Shown here: piece after piece, positions 13,301 to 26,900 of the stretch
How positions within the stretch are numbered: position 1 is the first letter of the stretch
Layout: each line of letters begins with the position of its first letter
Origin: Orbicella franksi
Lineage: Eukaryota
Reading direction: 5' to 3'
NCBI GenBank assembly: GCA_964199315.1
Contig: OZ116704.1
Location: 29,388,001-29,452,000 of the forward strand
Length of the DNA stretch: 64,000 bases
Position numbers and translations under genes: made by a program
Notes under the pieces: model-generated
Told to the model about the DNA's origin: nothing
What the model saw: the letters and a program-made list of their open reading frames with translations, nothing else
Database searches by the model: none

Positions 13301-13738
13301 CTCCAAGGACAGTGAGATGTATGTATCCACTCACATCCCGGTTTTGCTTTCCGCTGTCGGCAAACATACCTATTTCATGGTTTGCTTTATCAGTGCGGTG
13401 TTTAGGTGCCTTTCTAAACGATTTACTTAAAAGTATTTCTAACGGTTTGGATTCTTTTTCAAGCTTCCACCGCTAGCATTCCTGAGGACACTGAGCCCGA
13501 GTGTGTATGTCCACATGGAATACCGCTGGCTGGTGTGAACGGTGATCCACATGCGGTGAATTGTACGTTATGCGAGAGACCTGGCTCTCGAGGGGGACGG
13601 GCACTAGCAGGCATGATAGCTTTCCGTAGGGCGCAGTCAAAGATGCAACGACTAAAAGGCTTCAGTAAGAGAACCGCAGAAGGTTATGCTGACGCTCTGC
13701 GTCAGTTCGCTGAGAGACATCAGAACGACGACTTATAA
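10321..13738 (+). CDS. Uncharacterised 269-aa protein, 3 exons; candidate N-myristoylated/palmitoylated, mostly disordered, with a C-terminal Cys/His cluster
   Basis: Exons are 10321-10639, 12361-12576 and 13464-13738. Junctions CCAG|gtaaat, tttccttgcaaag|GA, AAAG|gtgaga and tctttttcaag|CT are all phase 1 and give one open 810-nt frame. It starts MGQSMCCLRC and ends ..CVCPHG..CTLCERP..QNDDL*. Confidence 0.8.
11846..12068. mobile_element. MITE with 16-bp TIRs (PIF/Harbinger-like), intronic
   Basis: GGGCCCGTTTCTCGAA ... TTCGAGAAACGGGCCC. The flanks are CAG/GAG, an imperfect 3-bp TSD. Confidence 0.75.
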
Positions 13739-14902
13739 TCTTGTGATTATTGATCGGCAAATTTGTTCTTGCTCTGGATCGATAATCAGATCTAGAACAG
13801 AGCAGAAAATGTGTTGAGATGACCGAGAGGGGCTGAAACAAGAACGTTTTAGTAACTGCTGGAACACTATAACAAGGGCCCGAGACGGAGGTCCTTTAAG
13901 TGTTTGTGGAGTCTGAAGCTCAATAATTTTGCACCTTTGGAGTCCAGAGTTATTAAAATGAATTTGGAACGACAAAGACCTGTAAGAATATGACGGAACA
14001 ATGGAACCCTGTTCCGCTACAAGCCCGAAGGTCTGGTGTAAAAGCTGTTTCAATAATGAACCTTGTACTGCTCAGAAAAAACAAAAAAGGCTTTGTGTTA
14101 TGGCGGGACACACTGTCTTCTGAAGGTTGAACGATAACAAACCTTCAAACAGATGTTAGACATAATCCACAATATAGAAATAAAAAAAGTGGTGTAAGTT
14201 TCAAGAGCAGCTAGTCACACAATAAGATAGTTAAAGAGTCCGTGGAACTCAGCTTGAGCCAAAGAAATGCAATAATCTTATAATAAGTGATTTTATTTAC
14301 ATGTCTTCGAGTGCTGAGTCAGCGTATTGTGTACCGGATCGAAAGATAAAAAGATTTACACTCATGTGTGGTAAATTAATAAATAACCCGTTATTGTTTG
14401 TTTACAGCCGCTGACTGATTTCTTGAAATCGTGATTGAACCGTGAGCTAGCGGTATCGGAGGAGATCATCATTCCTCCCTCGGTCTCCTTCTCAGCTCTT
14501 TTTCTTTTTAGCTTCGATTTTAGTCTTTTGCAATTTTTACCGAGGTCCACAAGACTTTTATTTGAGAAGTCCTCTGGATTTGGGTGAGAAGTTGAAAATG
14601 ACATAGAAAATAGAAAGGGAAACGAGGTATCTTAAGTGCTCTCGTCAGATGGACTCTCGATGGAAAAGTATTACAGGCGTAGCTTTTGAGTCTAAATTTC
14701 AGGCTAGATTCTGAGCGAGACTTAACATAATTTACCAATCGTTGCCGCTGCCGACCCAGAAATGTATGTAACAAATTAATTAATTTTCAGAATCAAAATA
14801 TTTTCAACATTGACTAGGATTGTGCTTTCTACAAACTCAATCTTGGGTTTAGAAATTGGTTGTAGATGTGAAATCCTAATGGGCGAAATTTCGTTATAAA
14901 AG

Positions 14903-16474
14903 CTATGATTGTAAGTTCTCTCTACTTCTAAACAACCAAAGGGTTGATAATAACGAGATCACTAACAACTGCTTATCACTTGTAACTCTAGAAAATCCAT
15001 TAGTTTCTAATTTTTCTGATAGTTTTGTATCGTGAGCGCCTTTTCCTATGACAGCGGTTTCAGTCTCATTGTCTTTGGCTCCTCCCACCTTGTTACACTC
15101 GTGCCCAGTGCAACATCGGACGCAGACTCGTCTCTTCCCAGACCCCACGATTTCTACCTCTCGCCGACATCCGTCGTGGCATGAGTAACCACGCAGTCCA
15201 TCGTCACTGGAGCAACCAAGCATGATTGGCAGAATGCTAAACAAATTAATGAAAAAGACCCTGTAAGTATTAATGGGATAAAGTAAGTCGGAAAGCTCTG
15301 GGGGCAGTTGGGTGGGAAATTGAGAAGGAGGGGAGCCAAGGCTCGTAAAAGGCAACTGCCATTTCAAAAGGTCGTGTGATTCTACTCAATTACACTTCTC
15401 AGCTAAATTGACTGGTATGGAAGACATGAAATAGTTTCCGGAATTTCATGTTCCTTAGCAAACCAGTACTTGATTGATATTAAAGGGTCTCCCGCGGGTT
15501 TTTAACGAATTGAAAGGGAACATTTTTAAAACTTTCGTGACTGGCTGGCGGTTACTTTATTCTCCCAGTTTTTGACACTCGAAATACACCATGGGTACCA
15601 AAGATTGCCATGCACACATGTTGTGCTGTAAAACAAATCCAATTTATCTGTAAGAAACAGAGGGGGGAAAGGTTCATGTTATCAGTGTGGGGAATGATTT
15701 TGAGCTTTGAGATCAGGAACAAAGAAATCCCCGTTACAAAAAACAAGGACCTTCTCTCCCGCTTCCACCCCGCCCCGTGCGTCCCGTGTGATAGCGCCTT
15801 ACCATAATTTGAGTACAGGTTTAGTCAACGCTAGAGCAAGACTCTACTCACCTTGAGTTTGTTCCTGCCGAGCCGCCCTCTTTGTTCAACGTAATGGCAA
15901 AGCATCTATCTCCGGGGGGACACTGCGTGGTTGTCACGCGATCTTGTAGGCACATCCTACCCTGGCATTTAAGGCAGCGAGGGCCCGCGGTCATTAGGCT
16001 CAGCTGCAAAAAAGTATCCCGTCTCCACACGCAACATCCGCGCCCAGGCCACAAACGACCACCAGAGGAAGAGTTGGTGACCAGATTCACGCGGTCTCCA
16101 AGGCCCAGGCAAACGCGTTCACATGAATATTGTCTAGTTTCCCCGGATCCTTTTTCGTTTACGACCGTTTCTTTCTCTGTTGAGACGCATAAATCCCTTC
16201 CACGAAACTTTGCCTTGAGCTTGTAGTCAAAGAAATGTATTTTCCCGTCATTTGGTATTGTGTGATGCACAGCTGACAACAGACGAGGTTTGCTCCGACG
16301 GAAATTGACGGAGATGTTCTGGAAGCGTTTAACGCTCAGAATAACTGAGGTAACGCTACCGCTCGATCCGTCACGCGGTTGGCACGGAATGATGTAACTG
16401 TCCGCCGTGGGGAAGCAGAACCCAAGAAGTCCACATTGAACGAGAAAATTAACAAACAGAGATTGGTAAGCCAT
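14903..16474 (-). CDS. 318-aa protein, 2 exons: signal peptide, putative C1q/TNF-like domain, Ly6/uPAR (three-finger) domain, hydrophobic GPI-like/TM tail
   Basis: Exon 1 is 16474-15852 (TCAAG|gtgagt, phase 2). Exon 2 is 15236-14903 (tttgtttag|C). The joined Cys domain CLKC...C...CPPGDRCF...GC...C..GC...CVRCCTGHECN ends in the CCxxxxCN LU signature. The N-terminus is hydrophobic, and LLVISLLSTLWLF lies near the C-terminus. Confidence 0.85.
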
Positions 16475-17918
16475 CTTTCTGTGTTGCGTTTGCTCTGATT
16501 TCTAACTGAAAAATTTGCTCGCCCGCGAATATTTAAGGGTTCCAAAAACATGGCAACACCTTTCCTCATGCTAGTCAAGTGACGGACGCGATAAGGGTGA
16601 ATCACTTCCGGTTGTGTTTGTTTTGGGTGTAGGTTCCACTTGACTGAACATTACGCCAAAAAAGTCGAAAAATTCGGTCCGAGATTTGTTTATGAACACG
16701 TGGACTGTCAATCAAACTGAGACCAAATAAAGACCAGGTATAAAATGGGGACCTAATCATAAGCTTGTGTTAATTTATACGATTTTTGCTTCAGTGCTCT
16801 CTATATTTAGAAAAGACGTCTTCAATTAATCCACCCCTCGTTCACTTTAAAACATACATGTTCAGTTTTCTCGTCGATGAAACATTTATGTTAGTTCTGA
16901 GAATTTGATGGTAAACTACACTGGCCCTTGCTGATGATTATCTGAAAACTCAGCATATGTCTGAATATCAATGTGTTAACAACGTAAGGAGAAACAAGAG
17001 ATTGATCTCTCAGAAATGGAGTTGAATCTGTGACAAACATGAATCTATTCAAGCGAATTATTCCAAAGAGCCGTGTTTGCGATCAAATAGACAATACAAT
17101 GCCTTCAAGCGGCCGTTTGGCCTGGGGTTGCTGAATAAATAATTCCTCTAAGTAATTAGGTCATCGTTCACAATTCTTCGCAGGGGAAATCGAGAGTAAC
17201 GTGATTTTAATGCGAAAGAAAGGTTGCTTTGCGAAATTGGCTTCCCTATCAAGTAACGTTTCTTTTTATCACCATATTTGTTCATGTTACGTGACATCCG
17301 GTAGTGACGTGTGCCTTAGAGACGACTGAAACAAGCTTGATCACGAGCTTAGGGTCAGCTTAGCCCACAGTTCTTCTAAAATAGGAAGCGTGATACAACA
17401 AAGTTTACTCAAGCACTTAGCAAGCCATAACTAATCTGACAAATGTTTGTTAATACGTGGATGGTGAAGGGACAGGGAAAGACAACCTGACCTTGCGGGT
17501 ACTTTTTATTCGCGTCGATTGTGTTCACTGGATTGGTATACCGTCAAAACGAAATGACCCGAGGCAAGCTACCGAAGCGAGGAACTTGTGCGTTACTATT
17601 GTCAACCTGGGAAGCAGCTCTAGATGAACCAAAATACGACCAAAATGTAGGGTACATTTTATAGAGGGGTGTACCGGGACTATTCGCACGAAAGGGGTGC
17701 CTTTTTGGCCCTTGTTCGAAAAAAGAAATTTCGTTGGCTTTTTGAACTATCGCCTCGACGGAATCGAACTTTCTGGCGATTTAGGAGCTGCAAAAATTAA
17801 CCATACGGCAACAATAACATTAAAACTAGAGTAAAAAAAATCAATGCAGTGAAAGAAATTTAATTTTTCTTTACTCCATTACTATTTATGATGATATTAT
17901 CTTGTTTTGGCCTGTATT

Positions 17919-20900
17919 TCAGTTTTTCATGAGTTCTCTAATGCATGACGTGGCGTAACACGAAGGTTCCAAACTAAACGAAATTTCGATGTTGTTGCAG
18001 AAGTTGTCAAGGCTTCGAGGTAACTCGGTGTGTTCTGTCGCGTCGGTGCATATTGTTTCGTTCTCGCCGAGTCTCGGTCTTTTTACGACATCATTTTTTG
18101 GATTTGAGCCCGTGCTCGCTGCAGAATCGCCAGCGGAGAAATTTCCAGTGCACGCATGTTCGTCTTGCACACATTTCCACGTCAAATCCCCTGGGAATGC
18201 CACAAGTTTTCTATAAGCACCAGGCAAGTTCATTCCCAAAGCTCTAAGCCTGCAACAGAATGGTCGAAAGTATCAATTAGAGCGACAGAAAGAAAGCGAC
18301 TACAATAACCGTGCTAGAACAGTATTCATTATAAGTGTCAGCAGCTCTAAGAACATATTTAAGGGTAGAAATCCAACCTGAAGCTTTTTACGGTCAGCCC
18401 GTCTCTTTCCAGCCTTTCCTTGTACCTGAAAACATTATAGGAGGCAATAATTGAAAGTCAAATATTGAAATCTTCAAGCGCCTCGAACACTAAATCAAAC
18501 CACAGTGGTAGAACCACAACTAAAACCTGTGTTTTTTTTTTTTTTTTTATCGTCAAGCTCGTACGACCGATGGCTACATGCAGTTATTAAAAACTGGATC
18601 ATTGTATATTGCAATTCGAGAGTTTTCATTGGTTTAGCCATCATGGTTTATGAGCCATTAAACCATACTCTACAAATATGGTAAGCGTACGCGTGATTTT
18701 TTGGGGGCGTTTTTATTTCTTTTCTATTTTACAATTAGTTTTCCATATTTTGAGGACGTTCGCACTCGTTGGATATATATCCAACGTACGGTCGTGGAAC
18801 AGTTGTTAATTAGGTTTTTTAATCAATTGTCTGAGGGGTGTATGTAAATTCACGAAGCACTTACTTTTCTCCTACTTCATTTTCGGGGTATTGGACGCTG
18901 TATCCAGGTAGCGGCAAAACCACGTCTTTGAGAAGATATTTTCCTTCGTCATGATCCGATGCGCACCTGACGTGGTCCCTTCCGACGCCACAGGTTTCAT
19001 CTGCGCATAAACTCCTATCACTGTCGTGACTGTCAGCGGTATTCATATTTAACTCATGCGCATTAACAGTTTTATCTACGATCAAGTCTCCTTGAACAGC
19101 CGCTGTCCGACCGTACCGTCGTATCCTGTAGGATGCCATATGATTCCAGACAAGGCTACAGTAACTGTGAATGTACAACAGCCGCATGGAGTATGGGATG
19201 TTAAGCAACGCTTTACGGCAACCATCCTGTACAAGGAAAAAAGTTGTGTTGTTAACCTTGTCCTATTCAAAACAGGCTTTCGTAAGAGTCGCCAACTTCG
19301 GATAAAATTCGGCACGAAATTTTGCGGGCTGGCGATTTTTTAAATTTTGAGAAATCACAGTAATTCTTGGCAGTTCAATGCGTCTTCCCAAAAGTCATAG
19401 CTGGTCTTAAGAAATCGGAAGAATAAAAGGACCAAAACTATGCTCATTTAGATCAGGTATCCAAACCTGCGCTGCTAATCTTTTAATGAATTAATTTGGC
19501 AAGACTATGGTACGAAAAATATGTAAAGGCCCTATTTACAAACCATGTCAGTGCCATGTCTGTGAAGAGCTTTGAGTACCAGTGTTTCACGGACCTTATA
19601 AGAGGGCATTTTACCCAGCGTACCTTGCACGTCGCCTGTCTCGCAGTAATACCTGGGGAAGGAGAAAATTGTGGCAACACATAAAGATTTAGATTTCAAT
19701 CAATTCAAATCAAATAAAAAAAGCAGCGGAATGATTAATCATTTAAGGCGAAAGAGGAATGTCTTTCCAGTTCTTGTCTCGCGAGTTCTGCGTTTCATAG
19801 CGGGAAACCTTTATGTCAATGGCCGAACTTAACAAGATTGGACACTTTGTGACGTTTTATAAGCGATACACAATAAACCAAAGAAAGTTTGAGTACGATT
19901 AGGACTGACTCTATGAACTAGACCTCATGTAAAACGAATTTCAAATCCCCATGCAAAGTCAACAGCTGATGAGATCATAGGAGAAGTAAAAACCAGCTGA
20001 TATGTCTTGATGAACTGCAAAATTCTCAAAACTAAAATCAGAAGAAATCTAAGGCATTTGGTAAGGAGAATTTATAGAAGAAGACTTACCTTTTAGCAGA
20101 GTTGACAGGACTGTCTGGGTTTTGCTCTGATGGAGTCAGAAGAAGCTTGACTGCACGAACCTGAGGACGAAACGAAAATAACAAGATTAGGCGAGTTAAT
20201 ATATGCGAGTTTTTTATACCAATCTCTAAGCGCAGACTGGGCGGTTTTCACTTAAGTGTCCAAAAGTATTTTGTTTGCATCACTACGCTACACGGAGTAT
20301 TTGCTTAAAAACTCGCGCCACTTTTTTGATTCAATGAGAAGTAAAACCAAAACCAATCGTGCTTCGCTCGCACACGTTTTCCCGCGCTTTGCGTCAGCTA
20401 CATGCATTTGCCTCCAGTTTTGATTGGTTCACTGGATTTGTCTGTGTACTTTGTGAATGGCTAGAGTGATTACTTTGATTTTGGTTTCACAAAACTCGAT
20501 TGAAAACTGTTTTATGTAGAGCCAACCCAAACGCCAATTACTCGCGACACTCAAGTAGCGCTCAAACCGTTCTGTGACTTCACGCAGTATGGATGCCTTA
20601 CCATATCTCCTTGTAGCATGGCATGTCCAATGTCACAAGCGTTCACTTCTTTGTCATCCAAACCGAACCTCTGGGGTCCAAAGTAATTCAAAAATCCGTT
20701 CAAAGTCAAGGAGGATATCGAGTCCTGATATTGAAGTTAAAAAAAGTCTCAACTGATTTTTTATAATCGATGATGTTAATTACTGCTTGCATGCAAATAC
20801 TCAAGGGGATTTATAGGACATTACTTATGAAAAAAGTTTTAGGTAAGAAGAAATAATCCTTTGTTAGAAGTTTCTTGGTGTTTTGATGAGGCACATAAGT

Positions 20901-23900
20901 AACTTTTTGAACAAAAAACATAGCTTTTTCTCCACCAAATACCATAGGAACAACAGCCAAAATTCACGTTATAATGGCACTGTAACTCTTTTTCCATGTC
21001 GGCGTCAAATACTGACCTTCATAGGAGCGTAAGCCCTCTGAATAAGCGCCGCTTTAGAGCAAAAGCGTTTGGAATAGGTAAGGCGTTGTGGTTCAGGGAT
21101 GCGGCGCTTATTGAAGAGTGCGCGGCGGTGCTTTCTCTAGTAGGCTATCTTCTTCGCGGATCTACGTTGTTGATGGAGAGATCTACATTAACCTTTTAAC
21201 ATTAACCTACAGTTACACACCTCAACAAGTTTCGTCAACTGGGGAAGATTCTCTCCGTGGCTACAAAAAACGGAAAGAAACCCTTTTTTACGCGTTAAAA
21301 TAAGTAAAATGTCTGCTTCAAAACAGTTGGTGTGATATCCGATTTCTTCACTAACCTCTGGTCAGTATTACACTGTATATTTCTTATGATAACTTGAAAA
21401 TGGTTTCCACTTAGCGCACCCATCCGGAGCTGTCTACTCACACCCCTCCTGTAGCTACCACATTGTATACCTTCTAGGGAGGGGTGATCTTGAATAGCAC
21501 AAATCCTATGGATTGTAGAGGGAAAGATTGCTGAGATTTGGCTGGCCTTTCTCAGGGATGCATTTTTAAGGAAGTTTGTGTCACTGACTTATCATTATTA
21601 GCTTAAGTGCAAAATGTAGCCACGTACATATTTCTTGTTCACAAAATATGAAAATAGAGAGAAGTGTGAACCACCGACAACATAATTGTTGTCCATGCCT
21701 TTAGTACTTTGAAATTAGATAACTGCAACTCACTGCTATATGGTCTTCCTCAGCATCTACATCCGTTCAAAATCCAGCAGCTCGAATTGTTACATGTACT
21801 AGGAAATTTGATCGTATAACCCTTATCCTAGAAAAGCTCCACTAACTACCTGTCCGTTACCATATAGTTTATAAAATTATTTTACTGGTCCACAAAGCTC
21901 TCAATGGAACAGCGCCTTGTTACATCAGTCACTTACTTAATTATCACACCTCTCAACAGACACTAAGATCGTCTTCTGAACACCTTCTGGCGACCCCAAA
22001 AGCGAGACTAAAGACTTATGGCGAGAGAACGTTTGCTGTAGCGGCGCCAAGACTATGGAACTCGATTCTACTCGAACTAAGATCTAGTTCTTCAACTGAC
22101 AGTTTTAAAGGACATTTAAAAACATATCTTTTTAAACATGCTTTTCAACTCTTTTAATTTTTAGATGATAAATATGTTTAAAGGGGCTCAGTCAAGGTAT
22201 TTTGAGTTATTTTGGCCACATACAAAATTACCTTTAAATGGTAGGAAACCTGAAAATAACAGTTTAATAAGATAGAAAAACACCAAAGAGATAATGATAA
22301 ACCATGAAGGAACGAGGATGGCTAAGGATGGAGAAGATTCACACGGATTACAAAAGACGAATTTGAAAAATTGAGGCTAAATCTTTCAACATGCGCAAAC
22401 CATGACTGAGCTCCTTTAAATATCGTAGAATTTTAACCAAGTTTACACCTATTACTCTTTTCCCCCTTCCCCACCCCCCCCCCCCTTCTTTTAGCTTTTT
22501 AAGAATCTTTAATGTGAAGCACCGTGGACAATGAGTGGATTTGGCGCCATATAAATATTTTTATTATTTATTATTATTATAAACGCGTATCTTTACATGC
22601 CTATCCATGGAGCCAAAAATCCGGCTAGCTTAGTTACATAAACAAGTAGACGTGTTGCCAAGCAGTGGCGTAGCTAAGAAGCCAACGTATCTATTCCTCT
22701 TTCCAAAAGCCCGGAGAAGCGAGAACGACTGCATAGCCGCTTATCCAGGTTTTTCAGTGGGTATGGTATTCAATTTCGTTACCAGAGTCTCTCTTCTTCT
22801 CTCCCTCCAAGGGGTGGGAAGAGGAGAGACCCTGGAAACAAGGTTGTATGGTATTCTGCAGTTACTTCTTACATTTGCATTGTTATGTTTAGTTGCCATT
22901 GATAATAACAACAATAGACTGAAAAAATTACGACACTGCTTCTTGTTGAACACCTGAGGTTTGCCGGGTTACAGTACGCCATTCCAAGCTCCCATTAAGG
23001 TAGCCTGAGAGCAGGCTCTCATCGTTGGTGGCACAAGAAAAGCCGTCAGTGAACGAAGTGACTTTGCTCGTCGACTTTGCTCCTGCCGCAATGAATGAGA
23101 GTGGGCTCCCAGATTGCCAAAATGATTAATATCAACGTAAAAATTAACTGACTCACTGTTTTGGAGTGACTCCTTTAACCACCATGTACTGTTTAGTGAT
23201 CGCTTTTTTGTCCTTGATACCAGCATAACTGAAGGCTGATGGCTGCACATTTAAACAGCTGGACAAACGATGAATAGCTTCTAGTGTTTCCTAGAAAATT
23301 TAAAAAAAAAACAATCAGACGTTTGAGTAACAAGGTAGAGTATAAAAATCACAATATTTAGAGAGGAAGCCACATCAGCCTTAGCTGGTTTTCATGCAGG
23401 TCATCTATCCTGGTCCAATTGGAGTTTGGAGATGTTGGTTTTTGTGGAGGAAGGAAAACCGGAGAATCCAGAGAAAAACCCTTGGAGCAAGACGAGATCC
23501 AACAACAAACTCAACCCACATATGGTGCAAGGCTGGAATCAAACCTGCACCACACTGGAGCGAGGCAAGCACCCTCGCCACTACACCATCCCTGCTCCCC
23601 AATATATGCATGGATAAAGCACCCAAACTACACCCTCCACTGAACGCCTCAACTTCCACACAACTGCGACTGTGACTTCAACACAACTCTTGGCTGCCAA
23701 ACAAACCTCAGGCTCCATACCATAATATTGAACAAATATTCATCAAATTCTTACCATATTTCTTTTACATAATACAAATCCTGTGTACTCAGTTTCTGTC
23801 TGTCTGGAAAAGAGAACCATTCAACAAAAGTAAGTCTGTGCACTCAACTTCATCAGCATTGTTGAAGGAGTAACTGTACAATAACTTTACATGTCGGTTA

Positions 23901-26900
23901 GGCATGTGGGTTAGTCTCTGCCTGCCTGCCTGGCTGGCTGGCTGATTGTCGACTGACAGACAGACAGATCATTGCGCATACCTTGAATCACCTTTATTGT
24001 TGTTTTGCCGCATTTGCTTCGGTCCCCTGGCTCGCATTCTTATCTGGATGTAGCTTCCTCCACCACTTGCTGCTTTGCTGCCTTGCTTATTAAAGGTTTT
24101 ACTCTCAAGAAATGAACCAAAGTGTTTTGACAGCAACCTGTGGATCTGAAACATTAAATGGGTGACAAGCAAGAAAACATAAAGCATAAAGCACAAGCCA
24201 GTGTGTTTCATAACCTTTCTAAACACCGAGAAGAAAGGTGAAAATACAATTTCCACAAAATCGATGTTGTCATCGTCAGCCTCATACACATGAATTTGAC
24301 AAACCTAAAATCTTACTTACAGATGCACAGAGGAACTAGCTGTCAGGTTAGGGGCACTTAGAAAATTATAAACTGAACATCACCAAGTCAACATCCTACT
24401 CGATATCGAGGGATTGCTTACTACTACTCTAAAAATTAAGAACCCCCCCCCCCCCCCACCCCATTCCTATACAGGATATAAGTAAATGGAGGACAGAGCC
24501 CCCTTAAAATAACATTTACATTATTATCTCTCAGGTTGCTCTAACCATAACTTTGCAAGGTAATTGTCGGCAGTTTCTGGATTACAGTGTATCTCAACTG
24601 ATGCTAATACTCTTACAGTACCTTAGTTCGTTGCTGTTTATCTGCACAACTGACATCAAGATTGAGGGTAGAAGGAATTCTTCTATTCTCCCAGTGAGCA
24701 AAGCACAGCAACCTTGGAAAAGTGAACAAATGAAGAAATGTGATTTGTAAACTTATACAACTAAAGGGTTAAACTGACTGACTAACTGACTAACCCACCT
24801 GGCGACTGACTGGCCAACCCACCGACCCATGAACCTACCAATCCACCAACCAACTGAAAGACTGGAAGACTGACCAAGGGAAGGAGGGACTTGGAAAAAA
24901 AGGAGGGGTGAAGGGGGAAACAGAGGGGAAAGAAGAAGAGAAGGGGAAGGAAGGAAAAAGGTAGAGAGGGAGGATAGGAGGAAAATTAACAGACTTGTAA
25001 ACAAACAAAAAAAGAATCTAACTTATGATTGAAAAGGGTGAACAAAATACAAATATAATCTACCGGTCAATTTGGTGTCTGTCATTGAGCAAGTCAATGA
25101 ACTCCCAGTATACTTTATCATTCCCAGCAAACATCAGACGAGGGTCTCCCTGAAAAACAGAAGGAGAAAAACAATTGAAAATAATCATGTTAACATTGCA
25201 ACATGTTGTCTTTAAGAAACCTAAGTGAGCCAGTTATCATGAGAAATAAATTTTACAATCTGGGCACCTTCACAATCAGAACAGAATTTATCATCTCAAT
25301 ATCATTTGAAACACAATCAATAATAGAAGTCAGGAGAATAATGAAGAAATGATCACTAACTACAGGTCTAGACATTTCACATTTGTCAAGAAAATTCTCC
25401 TAGTTGATACGTCGAGAAGAACTGCTTCGAGAACAGTTCTAAGGAGAATTTGAAAATATAACAATGTTGGGGCTTAAACTAATATCGACAAGCAGGATTG
25501 CATTCTTGTACAGTGATGCAGCACCAACTTGACATAAAGTGGGGTGGTGAATGGTCCTTCAGAAAACCATGGATCTGGCAAACTTTTTGGATTTCACAAG
25601 TCTTGGAGTCTCATTTTTTTAGTGGCTATGTGCATCTCACAGTGTTGATGCTGTCTAGGAGTCTAAATTTATTGTGAGGCTAAGGAAGTCTCAAAGAACA
25701 GATTTGTTTGTTTGTGTTTATAAATGACATCTGATCACATTAAAACACTGTGAAGTCTCAGTCTTGCAATTTAAAAAGTCAGCATGTCTCTGGCTTGGAA
25801 AAAAGTGCTAGCCAAGAGCACTAGGCTTGCCTTCTTGCAAAGTCTTGAACTTGCCATTCACCACCCCTAAAAAAAGCAAACTATTATTGTTAGAAGAAAG
25901 ACATGGTGTCAGTTAGAAGAATTGAACGCATGGTTTATTAACTTTGATAGGTCTTTGAGTAGCTTACTGACCTCCTGTTCACTCTGTATAGTTTCAGTCT
26001 GAAGATGAGGAAAAGCTAGCCTGACATTTCTATGGAGGGATGTGCGCTCCTCCTTTGTCATCTTAGAGCCTAACACAAGATGAAATATGGAAATTGCTTC
26101 TAAGTCGCTAATCTTTCAGGAGTAATTTGACACCAATAAAAAAAATATGTCAGAATAACTTACTGCAGTAACACCCCGAGTAACACTGCAGGGACCTTTC
26201 TTATAGGTAAATTGGTTGTCATTAATATTCTTACCAACGTAGATCTTTTTGTCACTGTTTCTGTTGCTTTCAACAAACAAACCCAACTCCCTCAGTTCTT
26301 TTAACTTTGCATTTCCAAGACTTCTGTCCAAGTCTTTCAAAGCATTACTTTGTAGCTTCTCAAATGATTCTGAAATCTAAAAATTTACAAAGAAAATACA
26401 TGTATGTCGTTAATATTTACCGCCTGCAAAAAGTCAATTAATCTCTAAGAGTTTAAAGGCCCAAATTTCAACCTACATATTTTAGAGTCATTGTTGTTTA
26501 TTTTGTTTTTCTGTTACGCTAAATTTATATCAATTTAGGTGGACTACAGAGTAAGTGACAATGTTGTACCACCTACATAGGCCAAAGGATTTGCCAAACA
26601 AGATTATTTCACTTATCATGCAAAGAATTCATGATTATATTTAGATCAACATCTTTTAGCTTCTCTCTGAGAAACATGAATATATCCAAGGCAGGCTAAT
26701 CAATCATTTTCTGAAGACATAATTTTGTTGTTGAACAGAATATTTGTATACATGCATGCAAAAATTATAGTGTACCCCTTGTAAACATAAAAATTGTGTG
26801 GATGATGAAAAAGGCCTTTTAAATGGTAAATTTACAGTCATCAGCCAAAAATTAAAATGTGTATTGATACAGCCATACCTGTGTTAGAAAAGGCATTTCC

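Noticed and set aside
14362-14774. Short minus-strand ORFs as an extra exon or gene
   Set aside because: There is no phase-compatible donor from the upstream gene and no recognisable motif. It is likely 3' UTR or intergenic.
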